The notes: generated by a model from the letters alone, not told the origin. A stretch of DNA of 63,565 nucleotides, filler included, from 3 parts of 3 records of this genome joined end to end with filler, not necessarily neighbours in it, one strand, 5' to 3'. Numbered from the whole stretch's first letter, positions 30,684 to 39,982 are shown. A program made the numbers and translations.

Positions 30684-31415
30684 TTAGTCCTCTGCATCAA
30701 GACCTAACGCTTCACGCACAATCGCATGCGCCAACAACTCAGAGGCATCGTATACCGGCAGAGACGTTTTTAACTGATCGCCAATTACCGACAATTCAGT
30801 ACACGCCAACACCAAACACTCAGCACCTTGCGCTTCTAAATCTTCCGCAGCTTGTTGGTAATTTTGCAATTGTTCTGGCGTCTGCCGCTTCGCTTTTACT
30901 GCGCGAATCAAAGCCATAACCTGCTGTTGTTTTTGTGACTCTGGATAAAGAACCTCGGCACCGTACTTGGCACACCAAGGCTCATACAGATGAATAATTT
31001 GCAGCGCCGAAGACGCCAATAAACCCACTTTCGTTAGATTAGGGTTCATCGCTTTCGCATGCCCAGCAGTCAGTTCAATCAAATTAAACACAGGCACATC
31101 AACCGCGGCGGCGATTTGAGGGTAATAATGGTGAGCCGTGTTGCAAGGAATGACCAAAAAGTCCGCTCCTTGCTTCACCAGCCCCTGTGCCATACCAATC
31201 AAACAAGGTACAGGATCTTCTCCACCACCTTCAATCAATGCTTTAATGCGAGACGGGATTTTCGGGTTATTGTCTACCAGCACATGAATGTGATCCACAT
31301 CATCGGCCGCCGGCGTCAGGTCAATAATGCGCTGCATTAAATCCACTGTTGCCTCAGGCCCCATGCCACCAATAACACCGACGACCTTCTCTTTACCCGC
31401 ACTTGCTGTCGCCAT
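30684..31415 (-). CDS. Asp/Glu racemase family enzyme (candidate cysteate racemase)
   Basis: GVIGGMGPEAT; two catalytic Cys in PCNTAH and ACTELS. Confidence 0.85.
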   Translation of the reverse strand: MATASAGKEKVVGVIGGMGPEATVDLMQRIIDLTPAADDVDHIHVLVDNNPKIPSRIKALIEGGGEDPVPCLIGMAQGLVKQGADFLVIPCNTAHHYYPQIAAAVDVPVFNLIELTAGHAKAMNPNLTKVGLLASSALQIIHLYEPWCAKYGAEVLYPESQKQQQVMALIRAVKAKRQTPEQLQNYQQAAEDLEAQGAECLVLACTELSVIGDQLKTSLPVYDASELLAHAIVREALGLDAED

Positions 31416-32605
31416 TATTCACACTCTCCTATTACTTCAACGATAATCTCAGCAATCAAGGCGCAATCCTCTTCACTAAAGGTCAATGGAATTCGCATGT
31501 CCAACAAGGAAGCCAGAATCTGCTCAGTTTTAGGCAACTTGGGTATATCTTCAAGATAACGCCAACTGTCATAACGGCTCGTGTAATCTTTCGGTTCGGC
31601 GTCACCAAACCACTTCAGCACCACCCCACGCTCGCCACAACGCTTAACGACATCAAGCATTTGGGGAGCACCGAATGAAGGCAAAGAAAACTGAATGGAA
31701 CTACCAACAAAGGCTTCCGCGGCCGGCCGCTCAGGAAGCAAAATATCAGCACAAGGCGTCAAAATAGCTTCAATCACACGATAACGACAACTCCAGCGCT
31801 CACATTGGGCATCTAAGTTCGCAATTTGAGGTCGTAAAATAGCCGCACGAAGATTGTCCATGCGACCACTGTAGTTCGGCGTATCAAATCGGATTTGTTC
31901 AAAGGCTTCTTTTGGCGGTGCTGCAAAGTGACGCTCATACAACATATAAGACCCAGAATACATAATGGCGCGCGCCATCACATCACTATGACGAGTGGTT
32001 AAAAAGCCACCTTCACCAGAATTGACATGCTTGTATGTTTGCGCACTAAAACACGCAATATCGCCAAATGTGCCGCTTTTCTTACCATTCCAACTGGCGC
32101 CCATGGTATGGGCACAATCTTCAATTAAAAACAAATGGTAGCGTTCACAGATCGCCATAATACGATCCATATCTGCCAAGTGCCCGCGCATATGAGAGAG
32201 CATAAAAAACTTAGCACCCGAGCTGGCAGCCTTCGATTCAAGGTCTTCTAAATCAATGCAATAATCATCCGCTACATCGACAAACACAGGCACTGCGCCA
32301 CTGTTATGAATAGAACCTGGAACAGGTGCCAGCGTAAAAGCGTTACACAAGACCTTATCGCCAGATTGCACGCCTGCGGCACGCATTGCGACATGCAGAG
32401 CGTAGCCACCAGAGGAGCAAGCCAAACAATAAGGCACGCCCTGATATTCCGCGAACTCGATTTCTAATAAATCTGTTTCGCTTTTTTCATCAGGAAGCGT
32501 GTTATAGCGATGCAATCGACCTGAACGCATCACATTAAGCGCCGCCGAAATGCCTTCTTCAGGGATCGCTTCCTGCTGAGTAAAGGGTTTATTGAATACT
32601 TTCAC
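31415..32605 (-). CDS. DegT/DnrJ/EryC1/StrS-fold PLP-dependent enzyme
   Basis: IEDCAHTMG, FSAQTYKHVNSGEGG; GTG start 32605 with GAGGAG SD. Confidence 0.88.
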   Translation of the reverse strand: MKVFNKPFTQQEAIPEEGISAALNVMRSGRLHRYNTLPDEKSETDLLEIEFAEYQGVPYCLACSSGGYALHVAMRAAGVQSGDKVLCNAFTLAPVPGSIHNSGAVPVFVDVADDYCIDLEDLESKAASSGAKFFMLSHMRGHLADMDRIMAICERYHLFLIEDCAHTMGASWNGKKSGTFGDIACFSAQTYKHVNSGEGGFLTTRHSDVMARAIMYSGSYMLYERHFAAPPKEAFEQIRFDTPNYSGRMDNLRAAILRPQIANLDAQCERWSCRYRVIEAILTPCADILLPERPAAEAFVGSSIQFSLPSFGAPQMLDVVKRCGERGVVLKWFGDAEPKDYTSRYDSWRYLEDIPKLPKTEQILASLLDMRIPLTFSEEDCALIAEIIVEVIGECE

Positions 32606-32615
32606 CGGCCACTCC

Positions 32616-33929
32616 TCAGTCGTAACGCTTCTGATCGTAGACAGTGAAGCCCCACTCTTTTTCAGGGAAGAATTTACGAAGTCGCCAATCACAAGCGCGG
32701 GCATGACCTTCCATACCTTCGGTACGAGAAATTCGTGAGCCTGCGCCACTGAACGCCAAGTTAGCCTCTTCATCCAACTCTTGATAGGTCAGCACTTTCA
32801 TAAACTTCTGTACGTTTAGACCACCACTGTAACGGGCGGCTTTTTTCGTTGGTAGAATATGATTGGTGCCTGAACACTTATCACCTTGGGTCACTGTGCT
32901 GCCTTCCCCTAAAAACAGAGAACCATAATTATTCAGATTGTTTTTCCACCAATCGAGATCCTGCGCCAAAATCTGCAAATGCTCACAGGCATATTCATCA
33001 CTAATGCGAACCAATTCATCACGATCATCAGCCAAAATCACCACACCATGATCACGCCACGCCGCTTCACAGACATCCGCATTGGGCATGTCTGCAATCA
33101 CATGAGGCATGATTTCAATGACTTTCTCGCCAATTTCACGACTGTCGGTAAATAGCCAAACCGGTGAGTTAGTTCCATGTTCCGCCTGTGACACAAGATC
33201 CACAGCAATGGTCATCGGGTCCGCTGTTTTGTCGGCAATAATGGCGGACTCCGTTGGTCCAGCAAACACATCAATGCCGACAGAGCCAAAGAGCATGCGC
33301 TTTGCTTCTGCCACATAGGCATTACCAGGCCCTACCAGAATGTCGGCTGGTTTCCCTGTAAATAAGCCTTTCGCCATAGTGGCAACCGCATGGACCCCAC
33401 CCATTTCGAGAATAACATCCGCCCCTGCGACGTCCATCGCATAAACCACAGCGGGGTTAACACTGTCACCACGTGGCGGTGAACAAGCCACCACAAAAGG
33501 CACACCAGCGGCTTTTGCCGTCGCCACACTCATTAGCGCAGAAGCGGCATGGGCATAACGGCCACCTGGCACATAACAGCCAGCGCATTGAACAGGAATA
33601 ACACGTTGCCCTAAGCGAACACCAGGCTCTGTTTCAATTTCAAAAGAAACCAAACTATTACGCTGAGCTTCAGCAAAACGCTTAATTTGACGGTGGGCAA
33701 AATCAATATCGTCTTTTACACTTTGTGGAACGCTGGCAATCAATGCCTGACGTTTTTCATCACTGAGAATGAATTCCCCCTGCCAGTTATCAAACTGCAG
33801 AGCATAGGCTTTAACAGCCTCTTCACCCTCTTCTTGAATTCGATGTAGCATGGTTTTTACTGCCGCTTGGATTTTTTCATCTTCATCCGCAACGACAGCA
33901 CCAGATACCGCATTTTTCAAATATTCCAT
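32616..33929 (-). CDS. HpsN-like (histidinol dehydrogenase family) sulfonate-alcohol dehydrogenase
   Basis: CYVPGGRY, VGPGNAYVAEAKR, DLVSQAEHG, GTNHILPT, EGMEGHARA; HpsN-type rather than HisD-type motifs. Confidence 0.82.
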   Translation of the reverse strand: MEYLKNAVSGAVVADEDEKIQAAVKTMLHRIQEEGEEAVKAYALQFDNWQGEFILSDEKRQALIASVPQSVKDDIDFAHRQIKRFAEAQRNSLVSFEIETEPGVRLGQRVIPVQCAGCYVPGGRYAHAASALMSVATAKAAGVPFVVACSPPRGDSVNPAVVYAMDVAGADVILEMGGVHAVATMAKGLFTGKPADILVGPGNAYVAEAKRMLFGSVGIDVFAGPTESAIIADKTADPMTIAVDLVSQAEHGTNSPVWLFTDSREIGEKVIEIMPHVIADMPNADVCEAAWRDHGVVILADDRDELVRISDEYACEHLQILAQDLDWWKNNLNNYGSLFLGEGSTVTQGDKCSGTNHILPTKKAARYSGGLNVQKFMKVLTYQELDEEANLAFSGAGSRISRTEGMEGHARACDWRLRKFFPEKEWGFTVYDQKRYD

Positions 33930-34085
33930 AAAGCACCTCTCACTGTTCTGAGGACCCTTTAGCGCCGCTCAATTGGCTCGCATGCTAGGGCTATACTCAA
34001 GACCAAACGCCTCTTTGTAACCCAATCAAATGGGTTACCACCTATGTAATCAGAGAAATTAAATTCGTCGCACCGTGTTCTGATA

Positions 34086-34163
34086 CTAATGAGGCCTTGC
34101 CGTTGGCTCAAAGAACCTTGTTAGCAGAACAAAATAGCATCGAAAGAAACTGGGAAGCTGCAT
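34086..34163 (-). CDS. Possible 25-aa leader peptide MQLPSFFRCYFVLLTRFFEPTARPH
   Basis: AGGGG SD 7 nt before ATG; lies between the predicted promoter and the dehydrogenase gene. Confidence 0.3.
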   Translation of the reverse strand: MQLPSFFRCYFVLLTRFFEPTARPH

Positions 34164-34229
34164 TGCATTACCCCTATAGATTTATTCTTATATGTTTGAA
34201 TACAGATATTCTTCCTTGAGTAAGCCTTC

Positions 34230-34297
34230 ACCTTAGAGATTTACGCAATCCGAGACCAATGCCTTTTTTGATCGCGATCGGTTACTTTTTCGCATAG
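34230..34297 (-). promoter_or_regulatory. LysR-type operator plus promoter of the dehydrogenase operon
   Basis: CTATGCGAAAAAGTAACCGA..GCATTGG, then TTGGTC-N18-TAAGGT; duplicates the element upstream of cuyA. Confidence 0.7.
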
Positions 34298-34556
34298 GGT
34301 AATGTGCCGTGCTGGACGCCTTTTAAACGCGCTTAAAAAACCTATTCTGAAGATTTTTAGCCTTCAAAAACAAAAAGATAGGCTATTAACCACCCTCTTC
34401 CTCCAGAGTTTTTTAAGCCCTTAAAGTCGCCACGCCTTTCTGACCTCTGAAAACCCTCCAGCAATTAGGCGGATGATCACTTGTGTTTGCACTTAGTATG
34501 GTAAAAAAACAGGCAGCAGGACGCTCATCTTTGATGAAAATGCCCCTCTGAAAACA

Positions 34557-34584
34557 AAAAAGGCGTCATTTATAGTGACGCCCT
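34557..34584 (-). terminator. Terminator of the LysR gene
   Basis: aaaaaaggcgtca-tttatag-tgacgcc. Confidence 0.65.
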
Positions 34585-34592
34585 TCTGATAC

Positions 34593-35498
34593 TTAACACG
34601 CAGATTCATACAGCGTTGAAAGGTAATGCCAAAAACGTTCCGAAAAGTCGGAGTGTTTGCCTTTAAATCGGTAAATATTGATATCGAGATCGATCGATTT
34701 AAGAGGGGACTCCAGCACCGCCATACGATTTTCATCCAATTCGTTTTGAACTAAAGACTCAGGCAGCCAAGCGACCCCATAACCTTTCGCAACCAAAGCC
34801 TTTAACCCTTCAGCCAATGCATTTTCACATACCTTGTTGAGCGTCAGCTCACTGCCGGGTTCCGACAAACATTCGGGAGTTAGTAAACTGCCTAAAAACG
34901 ATTCTTTAGGGTAAGTAAGCCACCTTAGACTCTCTTGCGTCACACTATAAACCGGATCGCCGTCAGGCTTGACCGCCGTGACAGGCACAATACGATCCGT
35001 GGTAATTTGGATCGTCTCTATGTCATCTCGATCCAATTGTCTAAAAATATCGGGGGAAGAAAAGCACAATAGAAAGTCGCCCGCACCGGCCAAAAAAGAC
35101 TCCAAAGAATCGTGCAAGTTGTCCGTATTAACTCGAATCAGCGAGTCACCAATAAAAGGCTCGATTTGTTCTAACCAATCTGGGACGAAGGAAACGGCCA
35201 ACGAATGCTGTGACATAACGACCATCTCTGCCGTATCGTTCACCAAAGACGTTAAATGGTTGCGCGAGGCGTAAATTTGTTTGGTTAGGCTTTCTGCCTG
35301 CTCTAAAAAAGCCGAGCCCGCCTCCGTAAACGTAGTGGGATATTGAGTGCGATCGACCAAGCTCACACCGAGCCAATTTTCCAACGATCGAATGCGCCGA
35401 CTAAATGCGGGCTGAGTCACAAAGCGCGCTTCTGCGGCCTTCGAGAAACTGCCATTTTTGGCTAACGCCAGATAATCTTCTAACCACTTTAGCTCCAC
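34593..35498 (-). CDS. LysR family transcriptional regulator (CuyR-like)
   Basis: ELKWLEDY..SFSKAAEARFVTQPAFSRRIRSLE; divergent from cuyA. Confidence 0.92.
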   Translation of the reverse strand: MELKWLEDYLALAKNGSFSKAAEARFVTQPAFSRRIRSLENWLGVSLVDRTQYPTTFTEAGSAFLEQAESLTKQIYASRNHLTSLVNDTAEMVVMSQHSLAVSFVPDWLEQIEPFIGDSLIRVNTDNLHDSLESFLAGAGDFLLCFSSPDIFRQLDRDDIETIQITTDRIVPVTAVKPDGDPVYSVTQESLRWLTYPKESFLGSLLTPECLSEPGSELTLNKVCENALAEGLKALVAKGYGVAWLPESLVQNELDENRMAVLESPLKSIDLDINIYRFKGKHSDFSERFWHYLSTLYESAC

Positions 35499-35541
35499 GG
35501 GACACCCTTTCTAAAACTGCCTTTTTTCGATGTTAGCATTG

Positions 35542-35608
35542 CTATGCTGAAAAGTAACCGAGACAAGATAAAACAGCATTGGGCAGTAGAAAATGGAGCC
35601 TGTAATCT
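35542..35608 (+). promoter_or_regulatory. LysR-type operator plus promoter of cuyA
   Basis: CTATGCTGAAAAGTAACCGA..GCATTGG, TTGGGC-N18-TAATCT. Confidence 0.7.
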
Positions 35609-35648
35609 CTAAATCAACTTAACGTCATCCCTTTATGGAGATATACCT

Positions 35649-36659
35649 ATGCATCTTTCTCGCTTCCCTCGATTACATTTTGCCCACTTAGCCACCCCCC
35701 TTGAGCCAATGACACGATTAAGCGAACACTTAGGCGGCCCTAAGTTATGGATTAAGCGCGATGACTGCACTGGTTTAGCGGGTGGCGGCAACAAAACACG
35801 TAAACTGGAATTTCTCATGGGAGACGCCATCGAAAAAGGCGCAGACACCATTATTACTCAAGGTGCGACCCAATCTAACCACGCTCGCCAAACCGCGGCC
35901 ATTGCCACCAAAATGGGCATGGCGTGTGAAATTCTGTTAGAAGACCGTACCGGCAGTAAGGACGTGGATTACAACTACAATGGCAATGTGTTGCTCGATC
36001 AACTGTTTGGCGCCACGCTCAGTAAATACCCAGCGGGCACCGACATGAATCAAGCCATGGAAGAAGTGGCTGAAAAACTGCGTAAAGCAGGCAAGAAGCC
36101 ATACATTATTCCAGGGGGTGGCTCCAACCCAATTGGCGCACTTGGCTACGTGAACGCCGCGCTTGAATTGCTAGCTCAAGCCAATGACATGGGACTCAAA
36201 ATCGACCGTGTGGTTCATGCAACAGGCAGCGCAGGCACACAAGCAGGTTTGGTCACCGGCTTGGTGGCCACCAACAGTCTAATTCCAGTATTGGGCATTG
36301 GGGTGCGTGTACCGCAAGAAACCCAAGAAGCGAATGTATTTCGCTTGGCTGAAAAAACCGCAGAATATTTAAGCATTCCTGGTGTAGTGAAGCGCGAAGA
36401 CGTGGTGGCGAATTGCAACTACGTGGGCGATGGCTACGGCATCCCAACGCAAAGTGGGTTAGAAGCCATTGAGTTATTTGCGCAGTACGAATCTATCTTG
36501 CTGGACCCTGTGTATTCTGCGAAAGGCGCCGCAGGCCTAATTGACTTGATTCGCAAAGGCGAATTTGGCAAAGATGAAAACATCGTCTTCCTACACACAG
36601 GTGGCAGCCAAGCGTTATTTGGTTACCGAGAAGCCTTTGATTTTAAAGATTATTGCTAA
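35649..36659 (+). CDS. cuyA: Cysteate sulfo-lyase (D-cysteine desulfhydrase/ACC deaminase family)
   Basis: [50 protein letters not shown], matching CuyA as I recall it; sulfonate gene context. Confidence 0.8.
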   Translation: MHLSRFPRLHFAHLATPLEPMTRLSEHLGGPKLWIKRDDCTGLAGGGNKTRKLEFLMGDAIEKGADTIITQGATQSNHARQTAAIATKMGMACEILLEDRTGSKDVDYNYNGNVLLDQLFGATLSKYPAGTDMNQAMEEVAEKLRKAGKKPYIIPGGGSNPIGALGYVNAALELLAQANDMGLKIDRVVHATGSAGTQAGLVTGLVATNSLIPVLGIGVRVPQETQEANVFRLAEKTAEYLSIPGVVKREDVVANCNYVGDGYGIPTQSGLEAIELFAQYESILLDPVYSAKGAAGLIDLIRKGEFGKDENIVFLHTGGSQALFGYREAFDFKDYC

Positions 36660-36683
36660 TTACGCCTCCCCTTCGTATTAAGC

Positions 36684-36722
36684 AAAAAAGCGCCTTCTTG
36701 CTAAAGAGGCGCTTTTATTTTT
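36684..36722. terminator. Bidirectional terminator
   Basis: aaaagcgcct...aggcgctttt flanked by A and T runs. Confidence 0.75.
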
Positions 36723-36729
36723 TAAGCTG

Positions 36730-37593
36730 CTACCACAAACTCGCTTGCTCTTGGCTTTGGGGAAGCTGAAGCGACGGCTGATAATCGCCACACAAGCGCT
36801 GAACTCTTTGATCTAATGTGGCCGCCAATGTCGGCGCTGCAATGTTATCAGATGAATGCACAAACACCGTTGGTGTTAATTCTGCCGCTAACCATTGAGC
36901 CAACTTCACCGCCCACTGATCCAACCATTTGTCATTTAGCGGCAAATCCGGATGCCCTATAAAGCGCACCACAGGATGAGACGAGGTTGCAACAGGATGG
37001 CAAGGCACTCTTGGCTTCTTCTTTTGCGCATCCACCAAGCTGTCACAATACGCTTGCGTAGAAAAAACGGGGCGTGAATCCATAATCACCCGATTCACCC
37101 CTTTTTCCGCCAGCCCTTTTAATAACAAGGACTCATGACCTGTTTTATCAAAATACGCCAGATGTCGTGTCTCCACGGATAAAGGAGCAGACAAATCCCA
37201 CAAATCGCAAAGCAACATTATGCGCTCTAGCAAGCGTTCATCACACGCGGCAGGAAATTGCAGCATGGTCGGCCCAAGCTTGGACTGCAAAGGTTGCAGC
37301 GACGCCATAAAAACACACCAGTCTTCAACAATGTCACGCCATGGCCGATCAAATAATCTATGGGTGACCGTTTGTGGTGCTTTAAAAGCAAAGCGAAAAT
37401 CATCAGATACCACGGAATACCAACGCAACAGTTGCGCTTGGTCCACCTTAGTATAAAAAGTGCTGCCCACTTCAACCGTAGAAAAAACCTGAGAATAGCG
37501 CGCAATTCGTTCGGCGGCAGGCAAAGATGATGGGTATAACCAATTTACCCACGCCGGATGCTGCCACTGGGCCATGCCATAATAAATTTTCAT
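36730..37593 (-). CDS. DUF72 (YecE-like) protein
   Basis: STVEVGSTFY, FAFKAP, VVRFIGHP; ATGA overlap with greB. Confidence 0.88.
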   Translation of the reverse strand: MKIYYGMAQWQHPAWVNWLYPSSLPAAERIARYSQVFSTVEVGSTFYTKVDQAQLLRWYSVVSDDFRFAFKAPQTVTHRLFDRPWRDIVEDWCVFMASLQPLQSKLGPTMLQFPAACDERLLERIMLLCDLWDLSAPLSVETRHLAYFDKTGHESLLLKGLAEKGVNRVIMDSRPVFSTQAYCDSLVDAQKKKPRVPCHPVATSSHPVVRFIGHPDLPLNDKWLDQWAVKLAQWLAAELTPTVFVHSSDNIAAPTLAATLDQRVQRLCGDYQPSLQLPQSQEQASLW

Positions 37594-38099
37594 GCTGCTG
37601 GCGCACGGTACTCTATGGTGTCGATTACATAACATTTCTCGCCAGCGGCTAAGCGAATCAGTACCTCGTCACCTTCTTCCTTTTTAAGCAGCGCACGCGC
37701 AACTGGGGAGTCGATGCTAATGTAAGCAGGGTTATGGTCTAACTCATCCGCGCCGACAATACGATATTCTTTTAAGGTGCCATCTTCGTCCTCAAGCGTT
37801 ACCCAAGCACCAAAAAACACTTTTGACTGATCCGCAGGAAAACGATCGACCACAGTACACACATCCAGACGCTTTTCTAAATAACGTACGCGACGGTCGA
37901 TTTCTCGTAATTGCTTCTTACCATAAATGTATTCGGCATTCTCAGAGCGATCGCCTTGTGCTGCCGCTTCACGAACGGTTTCTGTCACCGCTGGACGCTT
38001 TTCTTTCCACAAATATTTTAGCTCCGCCAATAAAGCTTGAGCGCCCTCTTGTGTGATGTAGGCGGATTTTGGCGGGGAAGGTGGACGATACCGAGTCAT
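37590..38099 (-). CDS. greB: Transcription elongation factor GreB
   Basis: AAAQGDRSENAEYIYGKKQLREIDRR, ISIDSPVARAL. Confidence 0.95.
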   Translation of the reverse strand: MTRYRPPSPPKSAYITQEGAQALLAELKYLWKEKRPAVTETVREAAAQGDRSENAEYIYGKKQLREIDRRVRYLEKRLDVCTVVDRFPADQSKVFFGAWVTLEDEDGTLKEYRIVGADELDHNPAYISIDSPVARALLKKEEGDEVLIRLAAGEKCYVIDTIEYRAPAA

Positions 38100-38133
38100 T
38101 AATAACAACCTATTTAGTACAATGATAAAAATA

Positions 38134-38174
38134 AAAAATGCCGCCAAGCAATGTTAATCACTTGGCGGCATTTT
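38134..38174 (-). terminator. Terminator of mscS
   Basis: aaaatgccgccaag...cttggcggcatttt. Confidence 0.75.
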
Positions 38175-38194
38175 GAAAGCAATAATGCGAGTAA

Positions 38195-39025
38195 TTAAGA
38201 CTCTTGCTTATGCAGATGAACATCCATTTGAGGGTATGGAATACCAACACCGCGTTCATCAAAGGTGTATTTAATCTTTTCTAGAAGATCCGCTCTGACC
38301 GCCCAATAGTCCGCTGCTGCCACCCAAGGGCGAAGGTTAAAATTAACGGAGCTGTCTGCAAGCTCAGAAACCGCGATTACCCAAGCTGGATCTTTTAACA
38401 CCCGCTCATCGGCAGCCACAATTTCTTCCATAATACTTTTTGCCAGACGAATATCAGCATCGTAACTAATACCAATAACCAAATCTAAACGACGTGTTTT
38501 CTCACGCGAAAAGTTGACAATAGAGCCATTCATTATCGCTGAGTTCGGCGCAATAATAATGCGATTGTCCGGTGTTCTCAGGTAGGTATGAAACAGTTCG
38601 ATACGGTCTACCGTACCCATTTGACCCGCAGCATCAATAAAATCACCTGATTTAAATGGGCGTAATACAATGATCAGTACGCCTGATGCAAAGTTAGACA
38701 ATGACCCCTGTAAGGCCAAACCAACCGCCAAACCAGCCGCACCAAGAATGGCGATGAAGGAAGTGGTTTGTACACCGACTTGCCCAAGCGCCATTAAGAT
38801 AACACCGGCAAACATCAAGGCATAAAGAATGCTAGAGCAGAAACCGGCTACCGCTTTATCAACCGACGCTTTAAGCATTCTATGCTCACACCAATGAGCC
38901 ACTTTATGGGCAATAAACCGACCGACAAAGAAAATCACAATGCCGATTAATAAGTTAATTGCCATTTCTGAGATCCAAGGCAGTAGTTCAATGCCCTTAT
39001 CTACTAATTGTTCCATATCGCTCAT
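38195..39025 (-). CDS. mscS: Small-conductance mechanosensitive channel
   Basis: GAAGLAVGLALQGSLSNFASG, GIPYPQMDVH. Confidence 0.95.
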   Translation of the reverse strand: MSDMEQLVDKGIELLPWISEMAINLLIGIVIFFVGRFIAHKVAHWCEHRMLKASVDKAVAGFCSSILYALMFAGVILMALGQVGVQTTSFIAILGAAGLAVGLALQGSLSNFASGVLIIVLRPFKSGDFIDAAGQMGTVDRIELFHTYLRTPDNRIIIAPNSAIMNGSIVNFSREKTRRLDLVIGISYDADIRLAKSIMEEIVAADERVLKDPAWVIAVSELADSSVNFNLRPWVAAADYWAVRADLLEKIKYTFDERGVGIPYPQMDVHLHKQES

Positions 39026-39066
39026 GTGCTTTAATCCTTAATCTAACGTTAATAAGATATAAGCCG

Positions 39067-39438
39067 CTAAGCGGCATAATGTACTTTATGTCGCCACTCA
39101 TCCAACAAAGAGGCCAATTGCTTCACCCCGGCTTTGCTAAACCGAACATACAGTTTCCCACCAATAAGCTGGGCTCCCTTTTTATGTTCATCATCAATCA
39201 TAAGACAAACTTCCCGCAACCGCTCAAATTGTTCGTTGTCTCGAATTGTCATGCCAATAAAAACATTCCAATCATATTCGAGCAAGACGCCATTTACTGC
39301 TTTTTCCAATAGCGCAGTACAATCGCTCTGATTCAGTCGATAATAAGGCACTTTTGATTTGTGCTTTAAATAAAACACCATCAAGGAAACCAACAAGCAA
39401 AAACATAAAAAAACAGAAAGAACAAACTGTAAAATCAT
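39067..39438 (-). CDS. Hypothetical membrane-anchored protein
   Basis: N-terminal TM segment; coupled to the upstream ORF by ATGA overlap. Confidence 0.65.
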   Translation of the reverse strand: MILQFVLSVFLCFCLLVSLMVFYLKHKSKVPYYRLNQSDCTALLEKAVNGVLLEYDWNVFIGMTIRDNEQFERLREVCLMIDDEHKKGAQLIGGKLYVRFSKAGVKQLASLLDEWRHKVHYAA

Positions 39439-39899
39439 GAATCAAAAGAATAGACCAACAAAGCGGCTTTAGCACGCTTCAAATGCTCAAGATATTCCGT
39501 TTCGTAACGCGTCATCTCATTGCTGAACTTAGCCCGCGCATCTTTTGGTAAACTCTTCCATTGTTCGTGCGTCGGAATATGCTCAGTTTTTTCAGTGATA
39601 ATATAAAAAGCCGAAATGTCATCGTGTTGCGATAGATCTACGCTCAACTGATCGAGTAAGTTTTTCACCCGTATGCTGGTTTCGATCCAGGTAAGTTTTT
39701 CATCCGTACCAACGGCTTTTAATAAAATTTGAATGCTATCAATTCGCTTTTGTCGCTCTTCCGCCACAAAAGATTCTCCGGCACGGATTCTCTCTTCACG
39801 TAAACGGTTCACCTTTAATTGGCGGGCAATAAACCAGAGAGACGCAGATATAACCGCAATACAGCCGATAATCAGTATTATAAAGACAGTAAAAGACAT
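39435..39899 (-). CDS. DUF2489-like protein
   Basis: N-terminal TM segment; ETSIRVKNLLD, HIPTHEQWKSL. Confidence 0.7.
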   Translation of the reverse strand: MSFTVFIILIIGCIAVISASLWFIARQLKVNRLREERIRAGESFVAEERQKRIDSIQILLKAVGTDEKLTWIETSIRVKNLLDQLSVDLSQHDDISAFYIITEKTEHIPTHEQWKSLPKDARAKFSNEMTRYETEYLEHLKRAKAALLVYSFDS

Positions 39900-39982
39900 A
39901 AAAATCCAATATTAATCATGAGAATTAACTCATCATTCACTTAATTTAAGAAAGTTGGCTCAAGTACCCCAGTGGCATCATA

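Noticed and set aside
30433-30919. Plus-strand ORFs at the left edge of the sulfonate cluster
   Set aside because: They overlap real minus-strand genes and have no recognisable protein features.
32606-32773. Long N-terminal overlap of the DegT ORF with the dehydrogenase gene
   Set aside because: An SD-supported GTG at 32605 removes the overlap; similar over-extensions were trimmed for yceI, rplS, greB, flgP, the T9SS protein and the second kinase.
32616-33929. Calling the dehydrogenase hisD
   Set aside because: No his genes nearby; motifs (GGRYAH, AEHGTNSPVW, GDKCSGTNH) are HpsN-like and the context is sulfonate catabolism.
35649-36659. Calling the lyase dcyD or ACC deaminase
   Set aside because: Sequence features and the racemase/HpsN-like context favour CuyA, though this is untested.
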